Assembly (NCBI GenBank): GCA_963726265.1
Contig: CAVSBQ010000002.1
Location: forward strand, 352,001 to 416,000
Direction of reading: 5' to 3'
Origin: Candidatus Aenigmatarchaeota archaeon
GTDB taxonomy: Archaea; Aenigmatarchaeota; Aenigmatarchaeia; QMZP01; QMZT01
DNA length: 64,000 nt
Below the pieces are notes generated by a model. That model had not been told where the DNA came from, made no database searches, and was given only the letters and a program-made list of their open reading frames with translations. Positions within the stretch are counted from its first letter, which is position 1; every line of letters begins with the position of its first letter. Made by a program: the position numbers and the translations under genes. Positions 29,101-40,166 of the stretch are shown here, piece after piece.

Positions 29101-32100
29101 AAACGGGAACGAATATTACATCACCATGTATGCTGCGGGCAACTACACGGCGCATGACGCGATTACTTACAAATGGTATGCGAACGATTCGCTGGGCAAC
29201 CTGAACGTTTCAGCCCAGCAGTCGTTCACGGTCGCCAACCAGGCGCCGGCCATAACCACCACGCAGCCAGATGGCACGAATGACAACACCAAGACGACTT
29301 TCACAGTCACATGGACGGCGTCCGACGCCGACGGCGAGGACACGGTAACGGTGTCGTGCTACGGCGATGCGGATGGCGCGGGATATGATAAAACTTACAC
29401 GTGTTTCACGGGAACGGCGAACGACGGCACGGAATCATGCGACGTTTCAAGCTGGTCTGACAACACGTATTACATCTGGTGCAACGCGACTGACACGTAC
29501 GTATCGGCGAGCGACTACTCGCCCGGCGAGTTGACGGTAGACAAGACTGTGCCCACGCCAGACCCTGCGACCATCGCCTACATCAATTCAACCTCATATT
29601 CAAGCATGACCGTGAACGCCACGGCGGCGAGCGACTCGGGCGTCGGCGGCGTCGAATACGTGTTCAACGAAACCACAGGCGCCTCGGGCTCGACCAACAG
29701 CTCGTGGCAGGCATCCAAGTCGTATACGGATACGGGCCTCAGCGGCAACACCTCATATTGCTACATAACGCAATACAGGGATGCGCTGAACAACACGGGT
29801 ACAGCCAGCGCACAAGCCTGCAATTACACGCTTGCGGAACCGCCAGGCATTACCCAGGTCGTCTGCGGCGGCGAGCCGGGCAGCTACTACTGCAACGTCA
29901 CCTTTTCGATGGGCTCCAATTCTGCTGGCACGCTGAACTATATCGACGAGACGACGGGCAACACCGGCGGCGACGACAGGACATGGGACACTTCAACCAG
30001 TGTGTACCAAGACACGGGCCTTCCGGTCGGAACCCAGTATTGCTACAGGATAAAGGCAAGGAACGCGAACGGCCTGGAAACCCCCTATTCGAGCGAAATA
30101 TGCGACTACACCGCCCGCCTGCAGGTAACGGAAACCGTCGATCCGGACATATCCCTTCCGAGCTCTGCTGTCTATGTCTATGGCCACATAAACCTCAGCA
30201 ACGGTACAATCGCCGCCAATTACCCGTTCAATCTCTGGCTCAACGGCACGCTTTATACCAGCAGGAACGTAACCGCGCATGGCACATACGTGAGCAGCCT
30301 CAACACTACAAAAACAACGGACTGGTCCGCCGGCACGGCGGTAGCTTTCTGGAACGCGACTTACGACAACGAGAACGTGACGCTTAACACGTCGGAGATA
30401 GTCACAGGCACCGCCAACCTGGTTGCCGTTTATCATTTCTCAGGAAGCGAGGGCGTCGAGCTTCCGGCCGAGACAGGAACCACGGGCATGAAGGGCCTTT
30501 GGCACCTCAACGACAACTCCACGGCCGATTCCAGCGGCAACGGCAACAACGGCGTGATGTTAGGCGGGCTTGACTGCACCGGTGACGAAGGGGTGTTCGA
30601 TGAAGGATGCTATTTCGATGGCAGCGATGACTACATCAATTGCAGCAACGCTTCCGGCACGGCTTTCGAGAGGACCAGTAACTTTACGCTTGAAGCATGG
30701 GTCGAATTATCAGCGAACGCGGCCGCCGGTGTAATACTGGCCAGACTGGATCCCACCAACAATTACCGCGGCTACGACCTGAATTATAACACCATCACAA
30801 AGTCTATAAGAGCTGACCTCATCAATACATGGAGCACCAACGTGATAACCGTCAGCGCGGACAACTCGACGAAAATAATCAACGACAGTCAATGGCATCA
30901 TGTCGCCGTCACCTATAACGGCTCGTCTTCGGCATCCGGAGTCAACTTTTACGTCGACGGGCAGCAACAAAGCAACCAGGCTCCGCAGTATGATACCCTT
31001 TCGGCAACGATTTTGACGAACGTTTCCTTTACAATCGGCTCAAGGGCAGGGGCAAACATGCCGTTCAACGGCAGCATTGATGAAGCCGCAGTCTACAACC
31101 GCACGCTTTCGGCGTCCGAGATCTTGGCGCACTACCAGCGAGGCAGGGTCAGCGACTCCTCGGGCTTCGGCAGCAACGGTCAGCTGATCGGGGCGGTGCA
31201 GGTGGCAGGAAAAATCAACAGGTCATTGGCCTTCGACGGCGGCAACGACTACGTGAATGTCTCGGACAATGCCGTTCTCAACCCGATCCAACGTCACCGT
31301 AATGGCCTGGATAAGAACATCGACGACCGGTGATAACATATTTGTCAGGAAATATAATCTCAGCAGTCCTAATTATGGCTATGCCCTGAGGGTTAACGTT
31401 CCGACTGCAAGCAAGCTCGGGGTCTGGATGGGAGCCACTTCGTGGGTGGGCGGCAATACCAACATAAATGACAGCAAGTGGCATCACGTGGGAGCGTCAT
31501 GCAACGGCACGGATATCATCCTTTATGTCGATGGCGCACAGGACGCCTCTTCGAGCCAGGCCTGCCATCCGAATGCGGTAGCCGGAACTACATTGTCTTT
31601 AGGTTCTTATGCGAGGCAGTTCCTATGCGTATAACGGCACCCTGGACGAGGTCGCGATATACAACCGCACGCTTACCGCCTGCCGAAATAGCGACCCTGT
31701 ATGACCAGCAGAGATGCGGCTATTATTACTGCAACGGCAGCTTCCGCATCGGAGTTATAGACGCGGGCGCGAGCGTTGAATGGAAGAACATAAGCTGGAC
31801 CGGAGCATACAAATACGGGGAAAGCGTCGAGCCCGATTATACCAGCACGGCAGGCCTTTACCGTTTCTCCGGCAGCGATGGAGTCGAGCTTCCTGCCGAG
31901 ACTGGAACCACAGGCATGAAGGGCCTTTGGCATCTCAACGACAACTCCACGGCCGATTCCAGCGGCAACGGCAACAACGGCGTTATGCAGGGCGGGCTTG
32001 ACTGCACCGGTGACGAGGGAGTGTTTGACGACGGCTGCTATCTCGATGGCGCGGATGATTACGTAAACATATCAAGCGTGAACCCCACCACCGACTATAT

Positions 32101-33895
32101 AACCGTGGCCATCTGGGTCAAAGCTGCCAATTCAAGTGGTTATTACGGCTCTTATTACCAGATTGTAAGCAAATACAGTGCGTATATACTCGGAGGCAAT
32201 ACCACCAACGGCAAGAACATGAACTTCATAATCTACAACAGCAGCAGCTGGTTTGACTACACAAATGGCTATTATATAGATGACCCTTCCAAGTGGCACC
32301 ATTTTGTCGGCACCTTTAACAGCTCAACGCACGAACTAAAGTTCTATTCCGACGGGATTTTGAGGTCCACCAAAACCGTTTACGGAACAATAGCCACGGA
32401 TACCGGCCCCTTGCACATAGGCCACAGGGAAGCCGACGTGCCGGGCACCAATCATTTCAACGGTTCGATAGACGAGGTCGTGATATACAACCGCTCGCTT
32501 TCCGACTCGGAGGTCCTAGCGATGTACCAGCGGGGCAGGGCCAACGATTCTTCCGCCACCCCTGCGAAAAACAACAGCTGCCAGTTGGTCGGGCCTGTCC
32601 AGACAGGCGGAAAAGTTGGAACCGCCCTTTCCTTCGACGGCAGCAACGACTACGTCGATTGCGGCAACGACACGAGCCTGAACATGGCGGGCGACTTTTC
32701 CATGGATGCATGGATATATCTGAACAGCAGTGGAATAATAACCCATCGCATAATGTCAAAGGGCGACTATAACGATAATTGCAAGCTGAATTATTTTTTC
32801 CAGATAGCAGGTACAAATTTAACAGGTGGGGGATTTTTTAATGACTGCACAACCTATGTCTCTTTGTATGGAAAAACTTACTTAAAATTAAACAGATGGT
32901 ATCATGTCGCAGCCACGTGGGATAACACAACAAAAATCTTTAAAATTTACGTGAACGGCGCCCTGGATAACTCTTCAACGTTTCCGGGCAAATCTCCAAC
33001 GACCAATCCATACAGCATGATGATTGGCAGGTTGGGTTCTTCGGCCGCGTTCTACGGCTTTAACGGCTCTATAGACGAGCCTGCCATCTATAATCGCACG
33101 CTTTCGGCCAGCGAGATTTACGACCGCTACATGCGCGGCCTGGTAATGAAATTCAGGATAAAAACATGCCAGCTTTCAGACTGCGCCGACCAGGGAACGG
33201 TGCTCGGCCCCGACCTCACGGTTTCAACCTATTTCACCAACTCCAGCGGCAACCCGCTGATAAACTTCACGAACGCGACGAGATATTTCCAGTGGAGAGT
33301 GAATCTTGAAAACCTGGAAGATTCCGGCACCACCCCATACCTGCAGGATGTCGCCGTTAACTACACGGGCATACTCACGGACGCGTCTGGCAATTACAAC
33401 TACTCGTTCACCGCGCCGGCGGCTGAGGGAACGTATCCCGTCGTCGTCAACACCACGTTCATGGGCTTATACGGCAACAACAGTAAGGACCTGCTGGTAT
33501 CGAATTACATCGTAAGCGGGGGCCATGGGACGACGTGCGACGCGACCCACAAATGCATGTTTATTTACGATTCCACCAGCACTGCCAGGGCCAGGTTCGA
33601 TGCAACGGGCAACGTTGACGTGATAGGCGGCTTCCTTTATTCGCAGGCGTCTGTTGCGCCGTCCGCGAAAAGCTTCGTGATAAGGGATTCCGCCGGCAAT
33701 GCCGTGTTTTACATAAACACGACCGGTCACATTGTGACGAAAGGCACGTACATCAGGCAGTCCTCGATAGTGCCGACGGGTAACAACGACTTCATAATAA
33801 AGAACTCTAGCGGCTCGGCAATCGGCTATATAGACGGGGGAACGGGCAGTATGTATTTCAGGGGCGTGCTGCACTACAACTCTGACTTTACTTGA
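23122..33895 (+). CDS. Giant membrane-anchored surface protein (~3,590 aa after removing four extra bases): S8 peptidase, Cys-rich repeats, FN3/Ig-like and four LamG-like domains
   Basis: Joins ORFs 23122, 28295, 31257 and 31478 through +1 shifts at about 28405, 31286, 31614 and 31678, which restore CQAASGF, NPSNVT, YNGTLDEVAIYNR and AEIA. S8 triad in VVDSG, HGT and GTS. One N-terminal TM helix. Confidence 0.78.
24170..24600 (+). repeat. Three MopE-like putative metal-binding Cys/Asp repeats
   Basis: DC(N/D)xxxxxVxxxxxExCxxxxDxxCD repeated three times, each preceded by a DxDG-type loop. Confidence 0.75.
26085..28500 (+). repeat. Eight ~100-aa CCGDD Cys-rich repeats
   Basis: tgctgcggsgacga recurs with ~300-nt period. 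Protein unit WxLGG..CCGDDSxE..PxGYND..CCD..DC..PNKAYC..WYGGD. Confidence 0.85.
30430..32060 (+). repeat. Intragenic direct repeat of ~190 nt (about 30430-30630 and 31858-32060)
   Basis: Both copies encode GVELPAETGTTGMKGLWHLNDNSTADSSGNGNNGVMxGGLDCTGDEGVFD; differences are mostly synonymous. Confidence 0.9.
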
Positions 33896-33963
33896 GTAGT
33901 GGTATGAAATATGAAATGGCTGTATGCTTCAAAAAACGGGGTCATAAAGGAGAATTCAAATTA

Positions 33964-34004
33964 ATACTTTAAAAAGTATAATATTATATTAATAAAAGTA
34001 TACT
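33964..34004 (+). promoter_or_regulatory. Candidate operator/promoter of the MNT-HEPN pair
   Basis: Inverted repeat ATACTTT-AA-AAAGTAT (33964-33979) and palindrome AGTATACT (33997-34004) just upstream of the ATG at 34020. Confidence 0.4.
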
Positions 34005-34019
34005 AAGAGGAGACGGGAT

Positions 34020-34628
34020 ATGTTAACGGGACATGAAATTGAAATCATTGACGTTTTCAGGAAGGATCTGTTCAGGAGCTACACCATAAGGGAGCTGATG
34101 AAAGCGACGGGCAGAAAAACGTATACGTGGACCTTCAGTTCAGCCAAAAAACTCGGGAAAAGCGGGATAATGAAAATGGAAACGAAAGGGAATTGCAGAA
34201 TATGCAGCATAAACCTTCACAGCTCACTTGCCATCGCATATCTCTCGCTGCTCGACGAGACTGAAGCTGTTTCAAGAAAGATACCCCACCTTGACGAGCT
34301 GATTGATGAGATGCCGGCACCCTTTTTCACGTTCATTGTGGGAGGCAGCTATGCGGAAGGCATACAGACGAAAAAGTCCGATTTGGATGTCTGCGTCATA
34401 GTCAATGATGCCGCAGACACGCAAAAAATACAGCGCATGCTTGAGAACAAGATTATGATTCCCCGGCTTCATCCCTTTGTCTTCAGAAAATCGGAATTCG
34501 TCAAAATGCTGCTAAGCAAGGAGGCAAATTACGGCAGGATGCTATTCAGGAAGCGATTGATAGCGTTCGGCGCCGGGAATTATTACCTGATGATAAGAGA
34601 GGCGGTTGAAAATGGATTTAGAGGTTAG
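34020..34628 (+). CDS. wHTH-fused minimal nucleotidyltransferase (MNT), putative antitoxin
   Basis: GSYAEGIQTKKSDLDV fits GS-x10-DxD; N-terminal YTIRELMK helix-turn-helix-like segment; overlaps the HEPN gene. Confidence 0.85.
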   Translation: MLTGHEIEIIDVFRKDLFRSYTIRELMKATGRKTYTWTFSSAKKLGKSGIMKMETKGNCRICSINLHSSLAIAYLSLLDETEAVSRKIPHLDELIDEMPAPFFTFIVGGSYAEGIQTKKSDLDVCVIVNDAADTQKIQRMLENKIMIPRLHPFVFRKSEFVKMLLSKEANYGRMLFRKRLIAFGAGNYYLMIREAVENGFRG

Positions 34629-35097
34629 GCTGTACGTGGGACGCGCTGAAAATGAATTAAGGTTAGCAAATGCGCTCTTTAATCTGTCTAAAAACCCGAA
34701 GGCGAAGACGGAGCTTGGCGCCAACGAGAACGATACGTTTTACAGCGCCACAATAAGCCATGCATATTATTCAATATTTTATATCGCAAAAGCTCTGCTC
34801 TTGACCAAAAATATACGAACCAAGCCTCCGGAAGTCCATAAAAAGACGTATGACGAATTCGAGAGGCATTTTGTTGATACGGGCCTGCTTGACGTTGAAT
34901 TACTGAAAATGTACCAGACCATGATGGTGCGCGCGGACGAGCTGCTCTCGCTATTCAGGACGGAAAGGAAAAAGCGCGGGCATTTCACGTACCAGACACT
35001 CGCGCAAGCGAACGTCCCATACGCGGAAGAATCGGTAAGGAACGCGAGAAAATTCCTGGAGAACATAATGGAAGTCATAGGGAGAATTCATAAATGA
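34612..35097 (+). CDS. HEPN-domain protein, putative toxin
   Basis: ISHAYYSIFYIAKALL, a conserved His (EVHK) and RGHFTY, typical of the UPF0332-like HEPN branch. Confidence 0.82.
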   Translation: MDLEVRLYVGRAENELRLANALFNLSKNPKAKTELGANENDTFYSATISHAYYSIFYIAKALLLTKNIRTKPPEVHKKTYDEFERHFVDTGLLDVELLKMYQTMMVRADELLSLFRTERKKRGHFTYQTLAQANVPYAEESVRNARKFLENIMEVIGRIHK

Positions 35098-35151
35098 AAC
35101 TTACGCTTCCAAAATTTCATGCTGAAGACTTTAAAGCAGGAGGTGACAGAG

Positions 35152-36228
35152 ATGGGCTTGAAGGAAAAGTCCAGAAAATCTAAGCTTGGAGGAAAACCAG
35201 CAAGCGTCCACGCATCCGGAGGACTTTTCAGGCCCAGAACAAAACCAGGCCTAGCGGCAGCTCTAGCCCTCGTTTGGGTCGCACTTGCCCTCTCGATAAC
35301 GGTTTCCTATGCTGAAGCGGCAGACCCCGGCCACGCTGCTTCGTCAATCTCGGCAGGAACGTTCGAGTCAGGCGATTACGCATTCCCTAACAACCTCAGC
35401 ATCACCAACAACCTGACAGTAAGCGGCAGTGTCGGCATAGGGATGCCGCCGTCCAGCTATCTGCTGCAGGTGGCCAAAACAGACAATTCAACAAATATCT
35501 CCGGCGTGCTTTATGTCAACGGGACCAGCGGCAGGGTCGGCATAATGTATGCGACACTGACGGCATCATCAGCCTTGTATGTCAACGGCAGCACTTATAC
35601 GAGCGGCACGCTTTCCAGTGGCAGCGACATTTACACCACCGGCACCGGAGATGACTTGTGGCTCGGCAACAGCACGCAGGCAAACTCCAAGCTGCAGCTG
35701 TTCGCGAACGGCGGCATCAACGCCCTTTTCTGGAACTTTACGGTGAACGAGACTACGGGCAACATCGGCATAGGAAAGATAATGCCGAACTACAAGCTTG
35801 AAGTCGAGACGACGGAGAATGCGCTGAACGTTTCAAATACGCTTTTCGTGAACGGAACTTCAGGCAGAGTCGGCATCGGGACGGCGAGTCCGGCACAGAA
35901 ACTGCAGGTTGAAGGTTGGGCAACCATAAGACTAAACACGACAGCCTCCGGTGGTCTGGCGTATGACATAAGTGCGTATCGTTACGGCGTGTCAAATGCC
36001 GGCTTTGAAATAAGGGACATCACTGCCAGCGTCACCAGAATAGCTATAGATGAAAACGGCAAAGTCGGCATCGGAACGGCAGCGCCGAGCAAGTGGCTCG
36101 AAGTGAGCAACTCGACGCAGGGCATAACCTTCGACCCGAATGTGACCTCGCCGACCATAAACACGACCGCCACGAAGGACCTTATCATAACTGCCGGCAG
36201 CGGCAACGTGATAATACAGCTGGGATGA
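35152..36228 (+). CDS. Secreted or anchored fibre-like protein with GxVGIG repeats
   Basis: Hydrophobic leader, DPGHAASSISAGTF head, then five G(S/R/N/K)(V/I)GI repeats, most followed by P..(K/L)LxV. Confidence 0.75.
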   Translation: MGLKEKSRKSKLGGKPASVHASGGLFRPRTKPGLAAALALVWVALALSITVSYAEAADPGHAASSISAGTFESGDYAFPNNLSITNNLTVSGSVGIGMPPSSYLLQVAKTDNSTNISGVLYVNGTSGRVGIMYATLTASSALYVNGSTYTSGTLSSGSDIYTTGTGDDLWLGNSTQANSKLQLFANGGINALFWNFTVNETTGNIGIGKIMPNYKLEVETTENALNVSNTLFVNGTSGRVGIGTASPAQKLQVEGWATIRLNTTASGGLAYDISAYRYGVSNAGFEIRDITASVTRIAIDENGKVGIGTAAPSKWLEVSNSTQGITFDPNVTSPTINTTATKDLIITAGSGNVIIQLG

Positions 36229-36324
36229 TGGTAGATGAAGTATGAATGTTATATGTAAATATCGCGATAAGACTGGGAAATGATATGAAAGAGAAAGAAT
36301 GAAAAGCTGAAAAGCTCGTCTGAG

Positions 36325-37893
36325 ATGGGCCTGCTGAAGGCGGAGTCTGTGGCATTCGTGCTGCTGCTCCTTAGCGTATGCATCGCTTCGGCGGCGGGGA
36401 ATTTCAGCTGCAGCATAACCGCAAGCGGCAGCTGCTCCTACACCAAGGTGCTTTACATGAAGAACGACACCGCAGGCTACTGGAACGCGCACGCGGAAAA
36501 CGTTTCTGCGGCGTCGTATCCGTATGCGATATGCTGCGATTCCAATGCGACGCTCGCGCTGAAATGCGGCGAAGGCGTGCTTTTCAATCTCAACACGACC
36601 ACGAACACGCACGTCCAGCGCGGCGATTACGCGGGACCGGGAATAGTTTACGGCATCGATGCGTGCATTGCCACGACGCCCGGCTACTTCAATTGCACAT
36701 ATGTCGACGACGCCTGCCCTGCCAACAGGGAATGCTTCGCCTCTATGACCAGCGACGCTGCTTCGGAGAACAACGACACCAATGCCCATGTCGGGCCGTG
36801 CGACGAATACAGGAGGAAGGTATGCTGCAGGGCCGTGAACGACATAAAGATCATGTATGTCAGCCCCACGCCTGAGGACAGCGCCAGGACGATTAACAAC
36901 AGCGTGACTATTAACGTCACCGTCGACGTGGACTCGGCTTTAACTGCCGACACGTGCATCCTCGAATGGAGTGCCGGCGCGGCCGCTGCGCAGAACGAGA
37001 CCATGGAAATGATCGGTTCGGGCAGCAGCGTGACGTGCAACGCGACCAAAGCGACGGCGGACGCGACTGTTTACACCTTCAGGGTCTACGCGAACGATTC
37101 GGCCAACGCTTTCGGCAGCGGGGCCGCAAGGCAGTTCAGGGAGAACGACGAACCGTCGAAAGTCACGCTTTCCTCGCCGGCGGACGGCTCGCACACCACG
37201 GACCGCACGCCGACTTTCCAATGGGACGCCGCAAGCGACGGCGATTTCGACACGCTCACATATTATATCAATATATCATGCTTCGGCGGCGACGGCTGCT
37301 CGGAGGACAACAGGTTCGTGAACGTGGGCACGGGCACCTCGTATACGCCATCCGAAGAGCTGGAATTCTTCGGCGACGACAACTTTTACTACAACTGGTC
37401 CGTCATGGCATTTGACAACTACGAGAACGGCACGTGGAGCGACCCATGGAACCTGACAATAGACGTGGATGTCTCGATAACCATGATCAACAGCATGGTC
37501 GACTTCGGCGAGAACAGGCTGCTCGGTTATACGGACAACACTACTGACAGCGATCCCTCCCCCTTCTCGCTGAAGAACACGGGCAACTGCATGATAGACG
37601 TCAACATATCGTCCAGCGACCTGCTGTGGGATGCGGTCTCGCAGCCCTCGGACTACTTCAACTATTCCGTGAACTGGTTTACGGGAGAGGAAGGCGCCTT
37701 CAACTGGAGCGGCTCGCAGACCAGCTCGGTGAACATGCCAGTAGTCGCGCAGAACGTGAGCTTCATAAACTATCTTAATTACACGTTCGGCAACAGCTCG
37801 GCTGAAATCGAGCTTTACATCAAGGTCCCGCCCGCGGAGCCGCCCGGGACGAAATCATCGCTTATCATATTCACGGGAGAGTATCACAGGTGA
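36325..37893 (+). CDS. Secreted protein: Cys/His-rich N-domain, Ig/FN3-like middle, C-terminal domain shared with the 43843 protein
   Basis: Signal peptide; NAHAE..YAICC, NTHVQ and NAHVGPC..KVCC motifs; no C-terminal TM. Confidence 0.8.
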   Translation: MGLLKAESVAFVLLLLSVCIASAAGNFSCSITASGSCSYTKVLYMKNDTAGYWNAHAENVSAASYPYAICCDSNATLALKCGEGVLFNLNTTTNTHVQRGDYAGPGIVYGIDACIATTPGYFNCTYVDDACPANRECFASMTSDAASENNDTNAHVGPCDEYRRKVCCRAVNDIKIMYVSPTPEDSARTINNSVTINVTVDVDSALTADTCILEWSAGAAAAQNETMEMIGSGSSVTCNATKATADATVYTFRVYANDSANAFGSGAARQFRENDEPSKVTLSSPADGSHTTDRTPTFQWDAASDGDFDTLTYYINISCFGGDGCSEDNRFVNVGTGTSYTPSEELEFFGDDNFYYNWSVMAFDNYENGTWSDPWNLTIDVDVSITMINSMVDFGENRLLGYTDNTTDSDPSPFSLKNTGNCMIDVNISSSDLLWDAVSQPSDYFNYSVNWFTGEEGAFNWSGSQTSSVNMPVVAQNVSFINYLNYTFGNSSAEIELYIKVPPAEPPGTKSSLIIFTGEYHR

Positions 37894-38384
37894 ATGAAAT
37901 GGACAGGATGAAACTTTCGATAGCAGCGGCGGAGCTGGCGGTAATCGGCCTGCTGACGCTGCTGCTGGTCAACCTCGTAACCATACCGCTTGTCTCACCA
38001 CAGCACAAGCTTTACACCACGGACAGTATGCCTGAACTGGTCTGGGGCGGCATGCAGGGCGACTACGTTGTCCTGCTGGATGACAACCCGAAATTCTCGA
38101 CTCCGCTTACCGCGGAGGTTTCCGGCAACTCATACACGTTTCCGCAGGAGCTCGCTTTCGGTACGTATTACTGGAAGGTCCAGGCGGGCCCGATGTCGAG
38201 CGAGGTGCGAAGGTTCACGCTAGGCTCGAGCGTTGTCCTGTCCAGAGAAGGAGATGAGGTCAGGAACGAAGGCAACACGGAGCTGCTGGTGCATGCGCCC
38301 AGCATAACGGGCGCTTTCATGCTTGGCGTGAATGAAACGGTGGAATTGGGAGCGGAGGAAAATGTCATGGCAGAGCAGGCTTAG
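37890..38384 (+). CDS. Membrane-anchored protein with a single FN3-like domain
   Basis: N-terminal TM, DDNPKFS and GTYYWKV motifs. Its GTG start overlaps the upstream stop (GTGA). Confidence 0.75.
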   Translation: MNEMDRMKLSIAAAELAVIGLLTLLLVNLVTIPLVSPQHKLYTTDSMPELVWGGMQGDYVVLLDDNPKFSTPLTAEVSGNSYTFPQELAFGTYYWKVQAGPMSSEVRRFTLGSSVVLSREGDEVRNEGNTELLVHAPSITGAFMLGVNETVELGAEENVMAEQA

Positions 38385-39591
38385 GTGGCTGGCATGCGTG
38401 CTGGCGCTGGTGGCGGTGTTCAGCTGTGCCGCTGCGAACGCGGCAGCGATAGGCCTCACGCCGGGCAGGACTACCATCGACTTCGAGCCGAACATGGAAA
38501 AAACCGTGACCTTCACGATAATCAACAACGAACACAAGAACTTCAACGCGCTCGTTTACGCCGAAGGCGATCTCAAGGATTACGTCGCCCTCGGCAAGAA
38601 CATCGTCGAGTTCAAGGAAACGGACAACACGAAGGAGTTTTCATACGCCGTAAAGCTGCCTGATAAAATCGACAAGCCCGGCGACCACTGGGCCAAGATA
38701 ATCGTCATGGAAATGCCGCCGGGGACCGAGGCCGAGAAGCTCGAGGGGCAGTTTGTCATAGCCACGACCGCGGTAGTCCACCAGCTTAGGGTCAAGGTTC
38801 CCTACCCGGGCAAATACGCCGACCTTGACATGGTCGTGCAGGAAGCGGAACCAGGCCAGACCGCGACGTTCTTCGTCAAGCTCTACAACCTAGGCACCGA
38901 GGACATCTACAAGGCCTTCGCGACCATTGACATCCTGGGCCCGACCAACGAGAAGATAGCGATGCTAGAGAGCGACGAGATAGCGCTGGAATCGAAGAAG
39001 GGCGGCGAACTTATAATCCCGTGGAAGGCCGACGTCAACCCCGGCACGTATCACGCGGTCGCGACCGTAAACTACGACGGGAAAATCGGGACTGTTGAGA
39101 AGAATTTCGGCATAGGCGCGCTGAGGATAGAGGTCGTCGACGTGCAAGTGAGGAATTTCGTTTTGGGAGGCATAGCGAAGTTCGAGATAAATGTCGAGAA
39201 CAAGTGGAACCAGAAGGTCGACGGCGTATACGCGGAAGTCGTAATGAGCGACCAGAAAGGCGACACTGTGGCGAGTTTCAAGTCCGCGTCCGTCGACGTC
39301 GACGCGCTACAAAGATCGACACTCTACGCCTACTGGGACACGCAGGGCATCGAGAAAGGCGCGTACGAAGCGAAGCTCGTGTTGCACTATGCGGGCAAGA
39401 CGAGCGAGAAGGTGATGAAGACCTACGTCGAGCTCGAAAGCATAGAGACCGACATCGTAGGCTTGACCGCGAAGGTCATAACCTCCAAAGGCGGGGTGGG
39501 GCCGGGAACCGAGATACTCGTGCCGCTCGTCCTGATACTGGTGTTCATAAACGCAGGCTGGTTCTTCTACTTCAGGAGAAGGAAGAAATAG
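38362..39591 (+). CDS. Signal peptide + three Ig-like domains + C-terminal TM protein (paralog A)
   Basis: IGLTPGRTTIDFEPN, PGDH, VPYPGKY, NLG and GTYHAVATVNY motifs; TM followed by RRRKK. GGAGG precedes the ATG at 38362. Confidence 0.82.
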   Translation: MSWQSRLRWLACVLALVAVFSCAAANAAAIGLTPGRTTIDFEPNMEKTVTFTIINNEHKNFNALVYAEGDLKDYVALGKNIVEFKETDNTKEFSYAVKLPDKIDKPGDHWAKIIVMEMPPGTEAEKLEGQFVIATTAVVHQLRVKVPYPGKYADLDMVVQEAEPGQTATFFVKLYNLGTEDIYKAFATIDILGPTNEKIAMLESDEIALESKKGGELIIPWKADVNPGTYHAVATVNYDGKIGTVEKNFGIGALRIEVVDVQVRNFVLGGIAKFEINVENKWNQKVDGVYAEVVMSDQKGDTVASFKSASVDVDALQRSTLYAYWDTQGIEKGAYEAKLVLHYAGKTSEKVMKTYVELESIETDIVGLTAKVITSKGGVGPGTEILVPLVLILVFINAGWFFYFRRRKK

Positions 39592-39624
39592 GTCCAGTAA
39601 AAGGCGTTGCATTAATAATCCGGT

Positions 39625-40065
39625 TCAAACGGTTATTTTTTCCGAGCTTGTCGAAAGCACGGCTTCGCCATAGCTGACCTCGACCGTGAGCGAGTGCTCG
39701 CCCGGCCCGACCGCCGTGTCCAGGCCGAATTCGGCTATCGGCAAACTGTAGGCATACACGCCTCCATAGCCGTAGACTTCGTAGCTTATTGCCAGACTTG
39801 AGCCCTCGACGCGCTCATACGCGCTGCCCGTCTTTTCGATGAAGGCCTTCATGGCCATCGCTGAGCTTCTGCCGTCCAGCCGGACGGTCACGACAGCATC
39901 CTCGGGGATGAAGCCGTCCTTACCTATGGAAACGCTTATGTTTGCCGATAACTCGCTTTCCCCGGGCCTAGTGGCCGTGGCGAAACCCGTTATGTCAGGC
40001 CTGGTAATTAGAATGAGGATTAACACGATGCTCGCTACCGGCAGAATGAAAAATCTCCTGTCCAT
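39625..40065 (-). CDS. Small membrane-anchored protein
   Basis: N-terminal TM then ITGFAT. FIPEDAVVTVRL resembles FYPKDTLLEVAV near the start of the giant protein. Confidence 0.7.
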   Translation of the reverse strand: MDRRFFILPVASIVLILILITRPDITGFATATRPGESELSANISVSIGKDGFIPEDAVVTVRLDGRSSAMAMKAFIEKTGSAYERVEGSSLAISYEVYGYGGVYAYSLPIAEFGLDTAVGPGEHSLTVEVSYGEAVLSTSSEKITV

Positions 40066-40166
40066 CCAGTCTTTTATTGGCGCGAAAATTTAAATATCGG
40101 TTAAAGCGATGCCCGTGCGCGCCGCGTGCCGAGCCGTTTTTATTGGGGCCGCGCCAATTATAAAAT

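Noticed and set aside
28400..31690. Programmed ribosomal frameshifting in the giant gene
   Set aside because: No shared slippery sequence or stimulator is visible, and four successive shifts would yield almost no full-length product.
30430..32060. Repeat pair as DGR template/variable repeats
   Set aside because: Mismatches are mainly synonymous and not adenine-specific, both copies are coding, and no reverse transcriptase is present.
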